This document shows, one piece after another, positions 26,697 to 36,242 of a stretch of DNA of 47,637 bases. The stretch spans positions 1-47,637 of the forward strand of contig CACZPQ010000098.1 in assembly GCA_902783185.1 (NCBI GenBank), read 5' to 3'. The position numbers were made by a program, and so were the translations under genes. Within the stretch, counting starts at the first letter, position 1. Each line of letters starts with the position of its first letter. The notes under the pieces were generated by a model. It was not told the origin of the DNA and searched no databases. It saw nothing but the letters and a program-made list of their open reading frames with translations. The DNA is from an uncultured Erysipelotrichaceae bacterium. Lineage in GTDB: Bacteria > Bacillota_I > Bacilli_A > RF39 > UBA660.

Positions 26697-27398
26697 ATGC
26701 AAAAAGAATTAGAAATGTTTGAAAAATTTATTAATGATTATGATTTAACTATACCACAGTTAAAAGGAAAGAAAGAACATACATATAGAGTAGTTGGATA
26801 TGCTAAAGAAATTGCTAAATCTTTATTGTTATCTAACGAAGATATTAATTTAGCAGGTATATGTGCTTTATTTCATGATTTAGGTAGATTTCCACAATAC
26901 ACTCAGTATCATACATTTTATGATGATGATTCTATAGATCATGGTGATAAAAGTTACGAAATATTAAAAGAATTAAATTATAATAATGAAATAGTCTTAA
27001 AAGCAGTTAAATATCATAATAAATATAGAGTTGATGATAGTTTAAGTGAAAGAGAATTATTGTTTGCTAATATTACAAGAGATGCTGATAAAATTGATAT
27101 AATGTTAAAACAACTTGGAGATTCCTATAAAGAAGATTATAATATTTCTAATGATATAATGAATTTCTTTTATGAACAAAAACTAATTAATAATGAAACA
27201 ATAAAAAATAAAACTGATGGAAAATTAAGAACGTTAACTTTTATTTTTGATATTAATTATAAAAAGAGTTTTGAAATAATTAAGGAATCAAATATAATTG
27301 ATAAATATATTAATTTAATATATAATGCAACAAATGATGAAAAAATATTTGAAATAAGAGATATTTTAAATGAAAGGATTGATAATTATGTTAGATAG
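26697..27398 (+). CDS. HD-domain phosphohydrolase family protein
   Basis: The motif HTYRVVGYAKEIA...CALFHDLGRF...DKID is an HD-superfamily signature. Confidence 0.7.
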   Translation: MQKELEMFEKFINDYDLTIPQLKGKKEHTYRVVGYAKEIAKSLLLSNEDINLAGICALFHDLGRFPQYTQYHTFYDDDSIDHGDKSYEILKELNYNNEIVLKAVKYHNKYRVDDSLSERELLFANITRDADKIDIMLKQLGDSYKEDYNISNDIMNFFYEQKLINNETIKNKTDGKLRTLTFIFDINYKKSFEIIKESNIIDKYINLIYNATNDEKIFEIRDILNERIDNYVR

Positions 27399-29907
27399 CA
27401 AATATGATCATAAGCAAGTTGAAAAAAATAAATATAATACATGGAAAGAAAATGGATATTTTAATGCAGGAGATAAAAGTAAAAATCCATATTGTATTGT
27501 AATACCACCACCTAATGTTACTGGAAAACTACATATTGGACATGCTTATAACGTAGCAATACAAGATGCTATTATTAGATATAAAAGAATGCAAGGATTT
27601 GATACACTTTGGTTACCAGGAATGGATCATGCTGCAATTGCAACTGAAGCTAAAGTAGTTAAAAGGCTAAAAGACAAGGGCATTAATAAGTATGAATATG
27701 GTAGAGAAAAGTTTTTAGAGGCTTGTTGGGATTGGACTAAAGAATATGGTGGTACAATTCGTGATCAATGGGCTGCTATGGGAATATCAGTTGATTATAC
27801 TAGAGAAAGATTTACTCTTGATGAAGGCTTAAATAAAGCTGTTACTAAAGTATTTGTTGACTATTATAATAAAGGTTTAATATATCGTGGTGAAAAGATT
27901 ATTAACTGGGATCCAGTTGCTAAAACTGCTTTATCTAATGAAGAAGTTATTTATTCTGAAGAAAAGAGTGCTTTTTATCACTTAAAATATGTTTTGGAAG
28001 ATAGTGATGAATATTTAGATGTTGCAACAACTAGACCAGAAACGCTATTTGGTGATACAGCTGTTGCAGTTAATAAAGATGATGAAAGATATAAAAAATA
28101 TATTGGTAAAAACGTTATATTACCAATTATGAATAAAGCTATTCCTGTTATTGCTGATGAACATGCTGACATGGAAAAAGGAACAGGTGTAGTTAAAATA
28201 ACACCAGCACATGATCCTAACGATTTTGAAGTAGGTAATAGACATAATCTTGAAAGAGTATGTATCATGAACGATGATGCAACATTAAATGAAAATGTGC
28301 CAGAAAAATATCAAGGAATGACAAGAGAGGATGCTAGAGAAGAAGTTTTAAAAGATTTAAAAGAACTTGGACTTCTTTTAGATGTAGAACCACTTGTTCA
28401 TGAGGTTGGTCATTCTGAACGTACTCATGTAATGGTTGAACCAATGATTAAAGAGCAATGGTTTGTTAAAATGGATGAACTAGCTAGTAATTTATTAAAT
28501 ACTCAAAATAAAAAAGATGAAAAGGTAAATTTTGTTCCTGATAGATTTGAAAATCTATTAAAATCTTGGATGACTTCGTGTCATGATTGGTGTATTTCAA
28601 GACAACTATGGTGGGGACATAGAATTCCAGCATGGTATAAAGGTGATGAAGTATATGTTGGACTTGAAGCTCCAAAAGAGTCTGGTTGGGTTCAAGATGA
28701 AGATGTTTTAGACACATGGTTTTCATCTGCATTATGGCCATTTTCAACATTAGGTTGGCCAGATAACACTGAAGATTTAGAAAGATATTATCCAAATGAT
28801 TGTTTAGTTACTGCTTATGATATTATTTTCTTCTGGGTTGCAAGAATGATTTTCCAATCAGAAGGATTAAATAATATTAGACCATTTAAGGATTGTATTA
28901 TTCATGGTTTAATTCGTGATAAAAATGGTAGAAAAATGTCTAAATCACTAGGTAATGGTGTAGATCCATTTGATATGATTGAAAAATATGGTGTTGATGC
29001 GTTAAGATATTATTTAAATACTGATGTTTCATTTGGTACTGACCTTAGATTTGATGAAACAAAAATGTCATCAACTTGGAATTATATTAATAAAATATGG
29101 AATGCATCAAGATTTGTTTTAATGAATATTGAAGGATTAAAAGAATATACTTTTGATAATTTAACTGATGAAGATAAATGGATTCTTACTAAATATGAAA
29201 ATATAGTTAAATCAAGTATTAATCATATGGATAAATATGAATTTAATTTATTTGGTACTGAAACATATAGTTTTATTTATGATGATTTTTGTTCAAATTA
29301 TATTGAATTTGCTAAATTTAATAGTGATTCTAATACTACAAAATCAGTTTTATGTTATGTTCTAACTGGCATATTAAAAATGTTACATCCATTTATGCCA
29401 TTTGTAACTGAAGAAATATATCAAATGTTACCAATTAAAGAAACTGCATCTATTATGATATCTAAATATCCAGAATATAACAAAGATTTTGTTTATAAGA
29501 ATGAAGAAAAAATAGTTGATGATAAAATAGAATTTATTAAAACTTATAGAAATATTAAGACAGAGAATAATATTCCAAAAGATGTACAAGTGTTAATTAA
29601 TACTAATGATCAAATAATTATAAAAATGTTAAAGATTGAAAATATTATAACAAATCCAATTAATATTAAATCTTATAATGTAAAAGCAAATAATTATAAA
29701 GCAACTATTTTCTTTGAAAAACAAGAATCTATTGCAGATAAACAAATAAAAGAAACTCAAATTAAATTATTACAAGATTCTATTGCAAGACGTGAAAAAC
29801 TATTATCTAATGAACATTATGTTAATAAAGCACCAAAAAATATTGTAGATATGGATAGACAAAAATTGGAAGAAGAAAAGAAAAAATTAGAGGAATTATT
29901 AAAATAG
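27388..29907 (+). CDS. valS: valyl-tRNA synthetase
   Basis: PPPNVTGKLHIGHA (HIGH), KMSKSLGN (KMSKS) and a C-terminal coiled coil. The start was set at MLDSKYDHKQVE behind RBS aaagga and overlaps the HD gene by 11 nt. Confidence 0.95.
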   Translation: MLDSKYDHKQVEKNKYNTWKENGYFNAGDKSKNPYCIVIPPPNVTGKLHIGHAYNVAIQDAIIRYKRMQGFDTLWLPGMDHAAIATEAKVVKRLKDKGINKYEYGREKFLEACWDWTKEYGGTIRDQWAAMGISVDYTRERFTLDEGLNKAVTKVFVDYYNKGLIYRGEKIINWDPVAKTALSNEEVIYSEEKSAFYHLKYVLEDSDEYLDVATTRPETLFGDTAVAVNKDDERYKKYIGKNVILPIMNKAIPVIADEHADMEKGTGVVKITPAHDPNDFEVGNRHNLERVCIMNDDATLNENVPEKYQGMTREDAREEVLKDLKELGLLLDVEPLVHEVGHSERTHVMVEPMIKEQWFVKMDELASNLLNTQNKKDEKVNFVPDRFENLLKSWMTSCHDWCISRQLWWGHRIPAWYKGDEVYVGLEAPKESGWVQDEDVLDTWFSSALWPFSTLGWPDNTEDLERYYPNDCLVTAYDIIFFWVARMIFQSEGLNNIRPFKDCIIHGLIRDKNGRKMSKSLGNGVDPFDMIEKYGVDALRYYLNTDVSFGTDLRFDETKMSSTWNYINKIWNASRFVLMNIEGLKEYTFDNLTDEDKWILTKYENIVKSSINHMDKYEFNLFGTETYSFIYDDFCSNYIEFAKFNSDSNTTKSVLCYVLTGILKMLHPFMPFVTEEIYQMLPIKETASIMISKYPEYNKDFVYKNEEKIVDDKIEFIKTYRNIKTENNIPKDVQVLINTNDQIIIKMLKIENIITNPINIKSYNVKANNYKATIFFEKQESIADKQIKETQIKLLQDSIARREKLLSNEHYVNKAPKNIVDMDRQKLEEEKKKLEELLK

Positions 29908-29931
29908 TTTAGATTATCTAAACTATTTTTA
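29905..29931 (+). terminator. Rho-independent terminator
   Basis: 9-bp stem tagtttaga/tctaaacta with a 3-nt loop and a T-run. Confidence 0.7.
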
Positions 29932-29993
29932 AATATTGACAAAAATAGCTATTTATAGTAAATTAGAAGCAATATTTTTAAGGGGTGATTATT

Positions 29994-31457
29994 ATGATGA
30001 ACGATATTACCTTAGAAAGATTACTTATTAAAATGAGAGAGTATTTAAACTCTGATTTAAGTATGGTTGAAAAAGCATATGACTTAGCTAATCAATGTCA
30101 TGCTGGACAATATAGAGATAGTGGTGAACCATATATTACACATCCATTAAATGTTGCATATATTTTAGCATCAATGCATTTAGATATTGATACTATATGT
30201 GCAGCACTTTTACATGATGTAGTTGAAGATACACCGTGTACATTAGATGAAATAGAAAATGAATTTAATAAAACTATTAGAACATTAGTTGATGGTGTAA
30301 CTAAGATTAGTAATATTTCATTTTCTTCACCTAAAGAAAAAAATATAGCTAATACAAAGAAAATTATTTCAAGTGTTATGATAGATGTTCGTATAGTAAT
30401 CATTAAAATAGCAGATAGATTACATAATATGAGAACTATTGAAGTAAAAACACAAGAAAAAAGATTAAAAAAAGCATATGAAACAATGGATATCTTTGTA
30501 CCTCTTGCTTATTCATTAGGACAATATGAATTAAAAAATGAATTAGAGGATTTAGCATTTAAATATTTAAAACCTGATGATTACAAAAGAACATTAGAGT
30601 TATATCAAATGATAGATGTTGAAAGTAGGGATTCTTTAAATACAATGTTTTGGAATATTAAAGAATCATTATCTAAAGAAAATATTAATAATGAAATAAA
30701 AACAAGAATTAAACATATTTATGGTATTTATACTAAGTTATCTTCTGGATTAAAATTATCAGAAATACATGATTTATTAAATTTAAAAGTACTTTTAGAT
30801 AGTATTGATGAATGTTACTTAACTTTGGGTAGAGTGCATCAAATATATCATCCAGTTAATGATAAATTTAAAGATTTTATTTGTAATCCTAAAACTAACC
30901 ATTATCAATCACTTCATACAACAGTATTTGCACCAGATAATAGATTAGTTCAAGTTCAAATAAGAACAAAAGATATGGAAAATATTGCTTGTTATGGTCT
31001 TCCTGCACTTTGGGATATAGATAAAGAAAATACAAGAGAAAGTATGCAAGAAAAGTTTAAAAATAGATATCAATTTTATAATGATTTAAAAGAAATAAAC
31101 GGATATTATTCAAATAACGAAGAATTTGTTAATGAAGTTAAAAAGGAACTATTTGCTGATAAAATATATGTTTATACCCCAGATGGTGAAGTAGTTGAAC
31201 TTCCAAAAGGTGCAACAGTAGTAGACTTTGCATATAAATTAGGTAATTATTATGGAGATAAGATGTCTGGTGTATTAATAAATGATCAACCAGCAGGTAT
31301 TAATACTAAACTTAAAAATAATGATAGAGTAAGAATAATACTAAATGATAGTTTAGTTCCAAATGTAAATGAAAATGTTGATACAATGACTACTAAAGCT
31401 AGAAAAAGAAAGAAAGATATTAAAACAGCATTAAATGCAATTAATAAAACAAAATAA
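29994..31457 (+). CDS. short RelA/SpoT homologue (HD hydrolase + synthetase-like + TGS, no C-terminal regulatory domains)
   Basis: HAGQYRDSGEPYITHP and LLHDVVEDT mark the HD domain. YQSLHTTVF and QVQIRTKDME mark the synthetase-like domain. IYVYTPDGEVVELPKGATVVDFAY marks the TGS domain. The protein is 488 aa. Confidence 0.8.
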   Translation: MMNDITLERLLIKMREYLNSDLSMVEKAYDLANQCHAGQYRDSGEPYITHPLNVAYILASMHLDIDTICAALLHDVVEDTPCTLDEIENEFNKTIRTLVDGVTKISNISFSSPKEKNIANTKKIISSVMIDVRIVIIKIADRLHNMRTIEVKTQEKRLKKAYETMDIFVPLAYSLGQYELKNELEDLAFKYLKPDDYKRTLELYQMIDVESRDSLNTMFWNIKESLSKENINNEIKTRIKHIYGIYTKLSSGLKLSEIHDLLNLKVLLDSIDECYLTLGRVHQIYHPVNDKFKDFICNPKTNHYQSLHTTVFAPDNRLVQVQIRTKDMENIACYGLPALWDIDKENTRESMQEKFKNRYQFYNDLKEINGYYSNNEEFVNEVKKELFADKIYVYTPDGEVVELPKGATVVDFAYKLGNYYGDKMSGVLINDQPAGINTKLKNNDRVRIILNDSLVPNVNENVDTMTTKARKRKKDIKTALNAINKTK

Positions 31458-31486
31458 AAATATAAGATATTTCTTATATTTTTTTA
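31458..31486. terminator. bidirectional terminator between rel and fem
   Basis: 10-bp stem aaatataaga/tcttatattt with a 4-nt loop, with A-runs and T-runs on both sides. Confidence 0.6.
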
Positions 31487-32760
31487 CTTTTTATAAAATA
31501 ATATATTTTTATTGCAACATTGTATATAAAGTAAGCAAATTTATCTATAACTAAATCAAATTCACCAATTAATTCTACAACTTTACCACCAAAGTCTCTT
31601 TTAAACGAATATAAACCAAATAATGGATTATTTTCATCAAATATACCTGATATACCATAAAAATTATATCTATCATAATTATTTTCTATAGCGTATTTTA
31701 ATCCTGCCCAATGTAGAGTATATGCTGATTGAAATTCCATAAATTCATCATATGAACCACCAACTGAAGATAATACTTCATTTTTACTTAAATAAAATAG
31801 TATTCCTCCTAATGTAATAATTTCACCATGTTTTTCTTTTAACTCTTCTAAGTGATTAATATTTTTTTCTAATCTTTTAATTTCATTTCTTGAAGTTTCT
31901 TGTTTTTGATCAAACTTTTTCTTATTTACTTTAGTTGGATCTTCATTATATTGTTTTTCTCTTAAATTAATTTCTTCGTTTAGTTTATTTATTTCATCTT
32001 TATATTCATTTATTGATGTATTAGTATCAAGTTCTGCAAGTAGTATTTTTATAAAGCCATTTTTATCCATTTCTTTAAACATTTTTTGATAGTAGGATAG
32101 TGGTCTATCTAAAAAACCTCTTCTTTTAGCAGTATGCTCTGATATAGCTTTAAATTTATCTAATTCATCATATTTTATTTCTCTAACTTTAATTTTATTT
32201 CTTTCATTTTTTCTTAAGATTTGTCTAGTTTTAGGATCCATCCCTTTCATTACTTCTTCAACTGTTGTATTTTTAGTTGGAGTAATAAATATCCATCTTG
32301 GTTGTACTTCTTCACCAGCAACATTAAATCCCATATGCTTATACTTTAAATTAATTAAATTATTGTAGGCATTTTTATTATTTTTTCCATTTTCTACTAT
32401 ATTTCCATGTAAATCTCTTTCTTGATAAGAAATATAAGGATCTATTTTTATAAATATAGCTTTATTCTTTTTAGCCCAAATTTTTAATTCTTTAGTAAAG
32501 AATGTTAATAATTCAACATTATCATAATCAATTAAAAAGCCACGTGGTGCATAAAACATCTTTTTACCAATAGGTGTTTTTTTAGCAAGTATTAAAGAGG
32601 CAGCAATTACTTTATTGTTTTCTTTAACTCCAACTAAATAACTTTCCCAACCAGTCATTGCTTTTAAATTTCCCCAGTTAACTGTTTGGTGAAAAGATGC
32701 TTGTTCATGATTTGTTGCAAAGTCCATAAATTCTTTTTCATTTAATATTTCAAATTTCAT
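31474..32760 (-). CDS. FemAB-family peptidoglycan interpeptide-bridge aminoacyltransferase (tRNA-dependent)
   Basis: N-terminal ...SFHQTVNWGNLK..., a central coiled-coil insertion and C-terminal ...YNFYGISG...GLYSFKRDFGG. Confidence 0.8.
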   Translation of the reverse strand: MKFEILNEKEFMDFATNHEQASFHQTVNWGNLKAMTGWESYLVGVKENNKVIAASLILAKKTPIGKKMFYAPRGFLIDYDNVELLTFFTKELKIWAKKNKAIFIKIDPYISYQERDLHGNIVENGKNNKNAYNNLINLKYKHMGFNVAGEEVQPRWIFITPTKNTTVEEVMKGMDPKTRQILRKNERNKIKVREIKYDELDKFKAISEHTAKRRGFLDRPLSYYQKMFKEMDKNGFIKILLAELDTNTSINEYKDEINKLNEEINLREKQYNEDPTKVNKKKFDQKQETSRNEIKRLEKNINHLEELKEKHGEIITLGGILFYLSKNEVLSSVGGSYDEFMEFQSAYTLHWAGLKYAIENNYDRYNFYGISGIFDENNPLFGLYSFKRDFGGKVVELIGEFDLVIDKFAYFIYNVAIKIYYFIKSKKI

Positions 32761-32882
32761 ATAATCATTTCCTTACTTATTAATTATAACTTTAATTAAA
32801 TAAAAAAGAAAGATTTTTATAGACAAATATGTATATTAAATGCTAATATAAACATTAAATCTAAAACTAGCAGGAGGTTTAA

Positions 32883-33389
32883 ATGCAAAATAAAAAGAAT
32901 AATTATATTGATGTAACAAAAAAGTGGATTAGTAATGCTAATCCTAATTCTCATGAAATAAAAGAATTAGATTATTGGATTATTAATAATAAAAAGAAGA
33001 AAGTAGATGGTAAGAACATACTTTTAGATTATAGTAAAAGTGAATTAGAATGTGCCAAGTGGTTAGAATCTACTTTTGGCGGAGAAATATTTATGTGTCC
33101 AAGAGTTAATATACCTGAAGGAATAAAAACACCTGACTTTATTTGGAATGGAGAATATTGGGATTTGAAAGAAATAAAAGGAAACGCTAGTAAAACATTA
33201 GATACTGCATTAAAAAATGCAAAAAATCAATCACCAAATTTTATTATAGATATAACAAAATCAAATATAAATATTAATAAGATAATTAGCCAAATTAAAA
33301 AAATATCCTTAAATAAGGATAGATTCTGGATCAAAAAAATTATTATAAAAAAATATGATAAAATTATTATTATATTAAAAAGAGATTGA
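32883..33389 (+). CDS. standalone PD-(D/E)xK (restriction-endonuclease-fold) toxin-like protein
   Basis: The motif E-x3-AKWLESTFGGEI...IKTPDFIWNGEYWDLKEIKG gives an E...PD...D-x-K arrangement. It resembles the C-terminal nuclease/tRNase modules of polymorphic toxins. No delivery domain and no adjacent immunity ORF are present. Confidence 0.45.
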   Translation: MQNKKNNYIDVTKKWISNANPNSHEIKELDYWIINNKKKKVDGKNILLDYSKSELECAKWLESTFGGEIFMCPRVNIPEGIKTPDFIWNGEYWDLKEIKGNASKTLDTALKNAKNQSPNFIIDITKSNININKIISQIKKISLNKDRFWIKKIIIKKYDKIIIILKRD

Positions 33390-33426
33390 CCACCAGTCCC
33401 CATAACGGACCAAGACCAATCTCATT
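33377..33426 (-). ncRNA. candidate ~50-nt sRNA 1 (promoter + GU-rich hairpin terminator), antisense to the stop codon of ORF 32883..33389
   Basis: On the minus strand: TTGACA (33461-33456), 17-nt spacer, TATATT (33438-33433). A 42-nt hairpin (33423-33382) with 17 bp and one bulge follows, then U5 (33381-33377). Confidence 0.5.
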
Positions 33427-33496
33427 ACATATAATATACTATTATTTATAAAATATGTCAATTAATTATTATATTTATTATAATTATTGTAATACT

Positions 33497-33542
33497 AAAA
33501 AGAGGCTGACCCTCGTTCCAATGAACGGGGACCAACCTCATT
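33497..33542 (-). ncRNA. candidate ~46-nt sRNA 2 (second copy of a 118-bp tandem unit)
   Basis: On the minus strand: TTGACA (33577-33572), 17-nt spacer, TATATT (33554-33549). A 38-nt hairpin (33539-33502) follows with 16 of 17 positions paired, three of them G-U, then U5 (33501-33497). Confidence 0.5.
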
Positions 33543-33632
33543 AAATTTAATATACAATAATAATTAAATTATGTCAATTAATTAATAATAACAATAATGT
33601 ATATTATATAAAATAAAAATAATACTAATAAT

Positions 33633-34841
33633 ATGAATATAAATGAATTAAAATTTTCAATATTGTGTGATGATGAATATGATAAATTTGCTAAGTCTCA
33701 TCCATTAAATAATTTTTTTCAAAGTATATATATGAAAGATTTACTCATTTCTTTAAATAGAAGTGTTTATTTAGTTGGATTAAAAGATCATAATAAAAAT
33801 ATTATATGTGCTACATTACTAACTAATACTAGTTCTTTTTTTAAACATTATACTTATGAAGCGTTAAAAGGTTATTTAATAGATTATAGTAATTCTAAAT
33901 TAGTTAGTTATTTTACTAATGAAATAATAAAATTTATTAAGCTATTAAATGGATATAGATTAATAATAGATCCATATATTATAAAAAAACAGAGAGATAT
34001 TAATGGCAATTATATAAAAAATGGAATAGATAATACTTATGTTATTAATTATTTATATGATTTAGGTTTTAAAGAAATAAAGAATAATCAGGTAAAATTA
34101 ACTTTTGTACTTAATACTAATAAAGATTTTAATAAATTATTTAATGAAATGAAACCTAATACTAGAAATATAATTAATAAAACTATTAATAAATATAAAT
34201 TAATTGTTGAAGAATTACCATATGAAAAATTATATTTATTTAAGAGAATTACTGAAGAAACTTGCTCAAGAAGAAACTTTCATGATAGAAATTTATCATA
34301 TTATCAAAATATGTATAAATCTTTTAAAGATAATATTAAAGTATTAATATGTAAATTAGATTTAAAACTATATCTAAATGAATTAATAAATGAAAAGGAA
34401 TCTATTAATAATAAATTAAATACAAATAACGAAAAAAAGAAAAATACTTTAAGAAAAGAATTATTAAATATTAATAAAAAGATTAAAGAAATAGAAAATT
34501 TAAAAAAAGATAATGATTATCTAATATTATCTGGGGCTATGTTTATAACATATGGAAGTGAAGTAGTATATTTATTTAGTGGGTCATATGAAAAATATAT
34601 GAAATTTAATGGGCAATACCGTTTGCAATATGAAATGATTAAATATGCTTGTTTAAATAAATTTAAAAGATATAATTTTTATGGTATTAAAAGCTGTGAT
34701 GATAATGATGGAATCTATGAGTTTAAAAAAGGATTTAATGGTTATGTTGAAGAACTCTTAGGAGCATATGAAATAGGTATAAGTTTTCCTTATAAAGTAT
34801 ATAAATTATTAAGTAACTTAAAAAAAATATTTAAAAAATAA
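33633..34841 (+). CDS. FemAB-family aminoacyltransferase paralog
   Basis: Same architecture as 31474..32760 (FFQSIYMKDLL, a central coiled coil, YNFYGIK...YEFKKGFNG), but divergent and more AT-rich. Confidence 0.75.
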   Translation: MNINELKFSILCDDEYDKFAKSHPLNNFFQSIYMKDLLISLNRSVYLVGLKDHNKNIICATLLTNTSSFFKHYTYEALKGYLIDYSNSKLVSYFTNEIIKFIKLLNGYRLIIDPYIIKKQRDINGNYIKNGIDNTYVINYLYDLGFKEIKNNQVKLTFVLNTNKDFNKLFNEMKPNTRNIINKTINKYKLIVEELPYEKLYLFKRITEETCSRRNFHDRNLSYYQNMYKSFKDNIKVLICKLDLKLYLNELINEKESINNKLNTNNEKKKNTLRKELLNINKKIKEIENLKKDNDYLILSGAMFITYGSEVVYLFSGSYEKYMKFNGQYRLQYEMIKYACLNKFKRYNFYGIKSCDDNDGIYEFKKGFNGYVEELLGAYEIGISFPYKVYKLLSNLKKIFKK

Positions 34842-34881
34842 ATAAGTTATGATAATATAATATTAGTAAGGAGGAATATAT

Positions 34882-35430
34882 ATGTGGTGGATTATAGTTT
34901 TGGTTATTGTTGCCGTAATTATTTTATGGGTTATTGCTACTTATAATAGATTAGTAGGATTAAGAAATAAAGTAAAGGATCAATGGGCACAAATTGATAC
35001 AGTATTAAAGAGAAGATTTGATTTAATCCCTAACTTAGTTGAAACAGTTAAAGGCTATGCTAAACATGAAAAAGAAACTTTAGAAGAAGTTATTGCTGCA
35101 AGAAATGCATATGCATCTGCTACTGTTCCTGAAGAACAATTAAAAGCTGATGGCGAATTAACTAAAGCAATTTCTAAAATTTTTGCTTTATCTGAAGCAT
35201 ATCCAGAATTAAAAGCAAATGAAAATTTTACTAGCTTACAAAATGAACTAACAGAAACTGAGGATAAAATTCAATATGCTAGACAATTTTATAATGATAC
35301 AGTACTTACATACAATAATGCATGTCAAGTATTCCCTGCAGTTATAGTTGCTAATATATTTGGATTTAAACCTACAAACTTCTTTGAAGCTTCTGAAGAA
35401 GAAAGAAAGAATGTAGAAGTAAAATTCTAA
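34882..35430 (+). CDS. lemA: LemA family membrane protein
   Basis: An N-terminal TM helix, then YNRLVGLRNKVKDQWAQIDTVLKRRFDLIPNLVETVKGYAKHEKETL...ARQFYNDTV. Confidence 0.9.
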   Translation: MWWIIVLVIVAVIILWVIATYNRLVGLRNKVKDQWAQIDTVLKRRFDLIPNLVETVKGYAKHEKETLEEVIAARNAYASATVPEEQLKADGELTKAISKIFALSEAYPELKANENFTSLQNELTETEDKIQYARQFYNDTVLTYNNACQVFPAVIVANIFGFKPTNFFEASEEERKNVEVKF

Positions 35431-35494
35431 AAAGGTTTAATTTTTATTAAATCTTTTTTCTTTTTATGTTATTATATATTTAGAGGGTGGTAGA

Positions 35495-36229
35495 ATGTAT
35501 AAAAATCCAAAATATATAGTAGATATTTTAACAAGTGAATTAAATATTGATTTTAATGATATATTTAATAAATTAAATAGTTTTGATGTATATATAAAAG
35601 AAAGAGATATAAAAAGATTTTTAGATAATAAATTTTATGAAGAAAACCCTGATATTAAAGTTAAAACAGATAAATTAAATCTTGATATTACAAGTGATAT
35701 TTATGATAATGTGTCTAATTATGGAGATAGATTTGTATTATTCTTAAAGTTTGATAAATATAGATTTGAACCATATACACTAGATTATTTTAAAAACTAT
35801 ATATGTATTTTAAAAGAGAAATGTATGATTATATATAAAATTATTGAAGGATTAATAGATAAAACTATTCCTAAATATATTTTAGAGAATTTAGATATTA
35901 ATTTAGATGAAAATGGTAATATTTTGATGACTGATATATTAAGATTAACTAAACCATTTATATATAATTTTCAAAAATTATCTGATTTTACAACAAGAGC
36001 TAATAAACTAGAAACATACTTAGATTTTAAACTATCACTTGATAGATTATGCAAAGAAGATATAAACGAAAATGAATTATATCCATCTAATAATTTACAA
36101 AATGAAGATTATTTATTAAATGGTGAAGATGGATATATTCCATATACTGAAAAACAAAAAACATTAATCAAAAAAAGAGAAGAAGAAGCACTTCAAAATA
36201 TGTGTGATTTAGTTAAAAACTTAAAATAA
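35495..36229 (+). CDS. hypothetical cytoplasmic protein
   Basis: 244-aa ORF with RBS agggtgg and no recognised motif. It is wedged between lemA and the DUF2207 gene. Confidence 0.5.
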   Translation: MYKNPKYIVDILTSELNIDFNDIFNKLNSFDVYIKERDIKRFLDNKFYEENPDIKVKTDKLNLDITSDIYDNVSNYGDRFVLFLKFDKYRFEPYTLDYFKNYICILKEKCMIIYKIIEGLIDKTIPKYILENLDINLDENGNILMTDILRLTKPFIYNFQKLSDFTTRANKLETYLDFKLSLDRLCKEDINENELYPSNNLQNEDYLLNGEDGYIPYTEKQKTLIKKREEEALQNMCDLVKNLK

Positions 36230-36242
36230 GGAGGATAATTAT

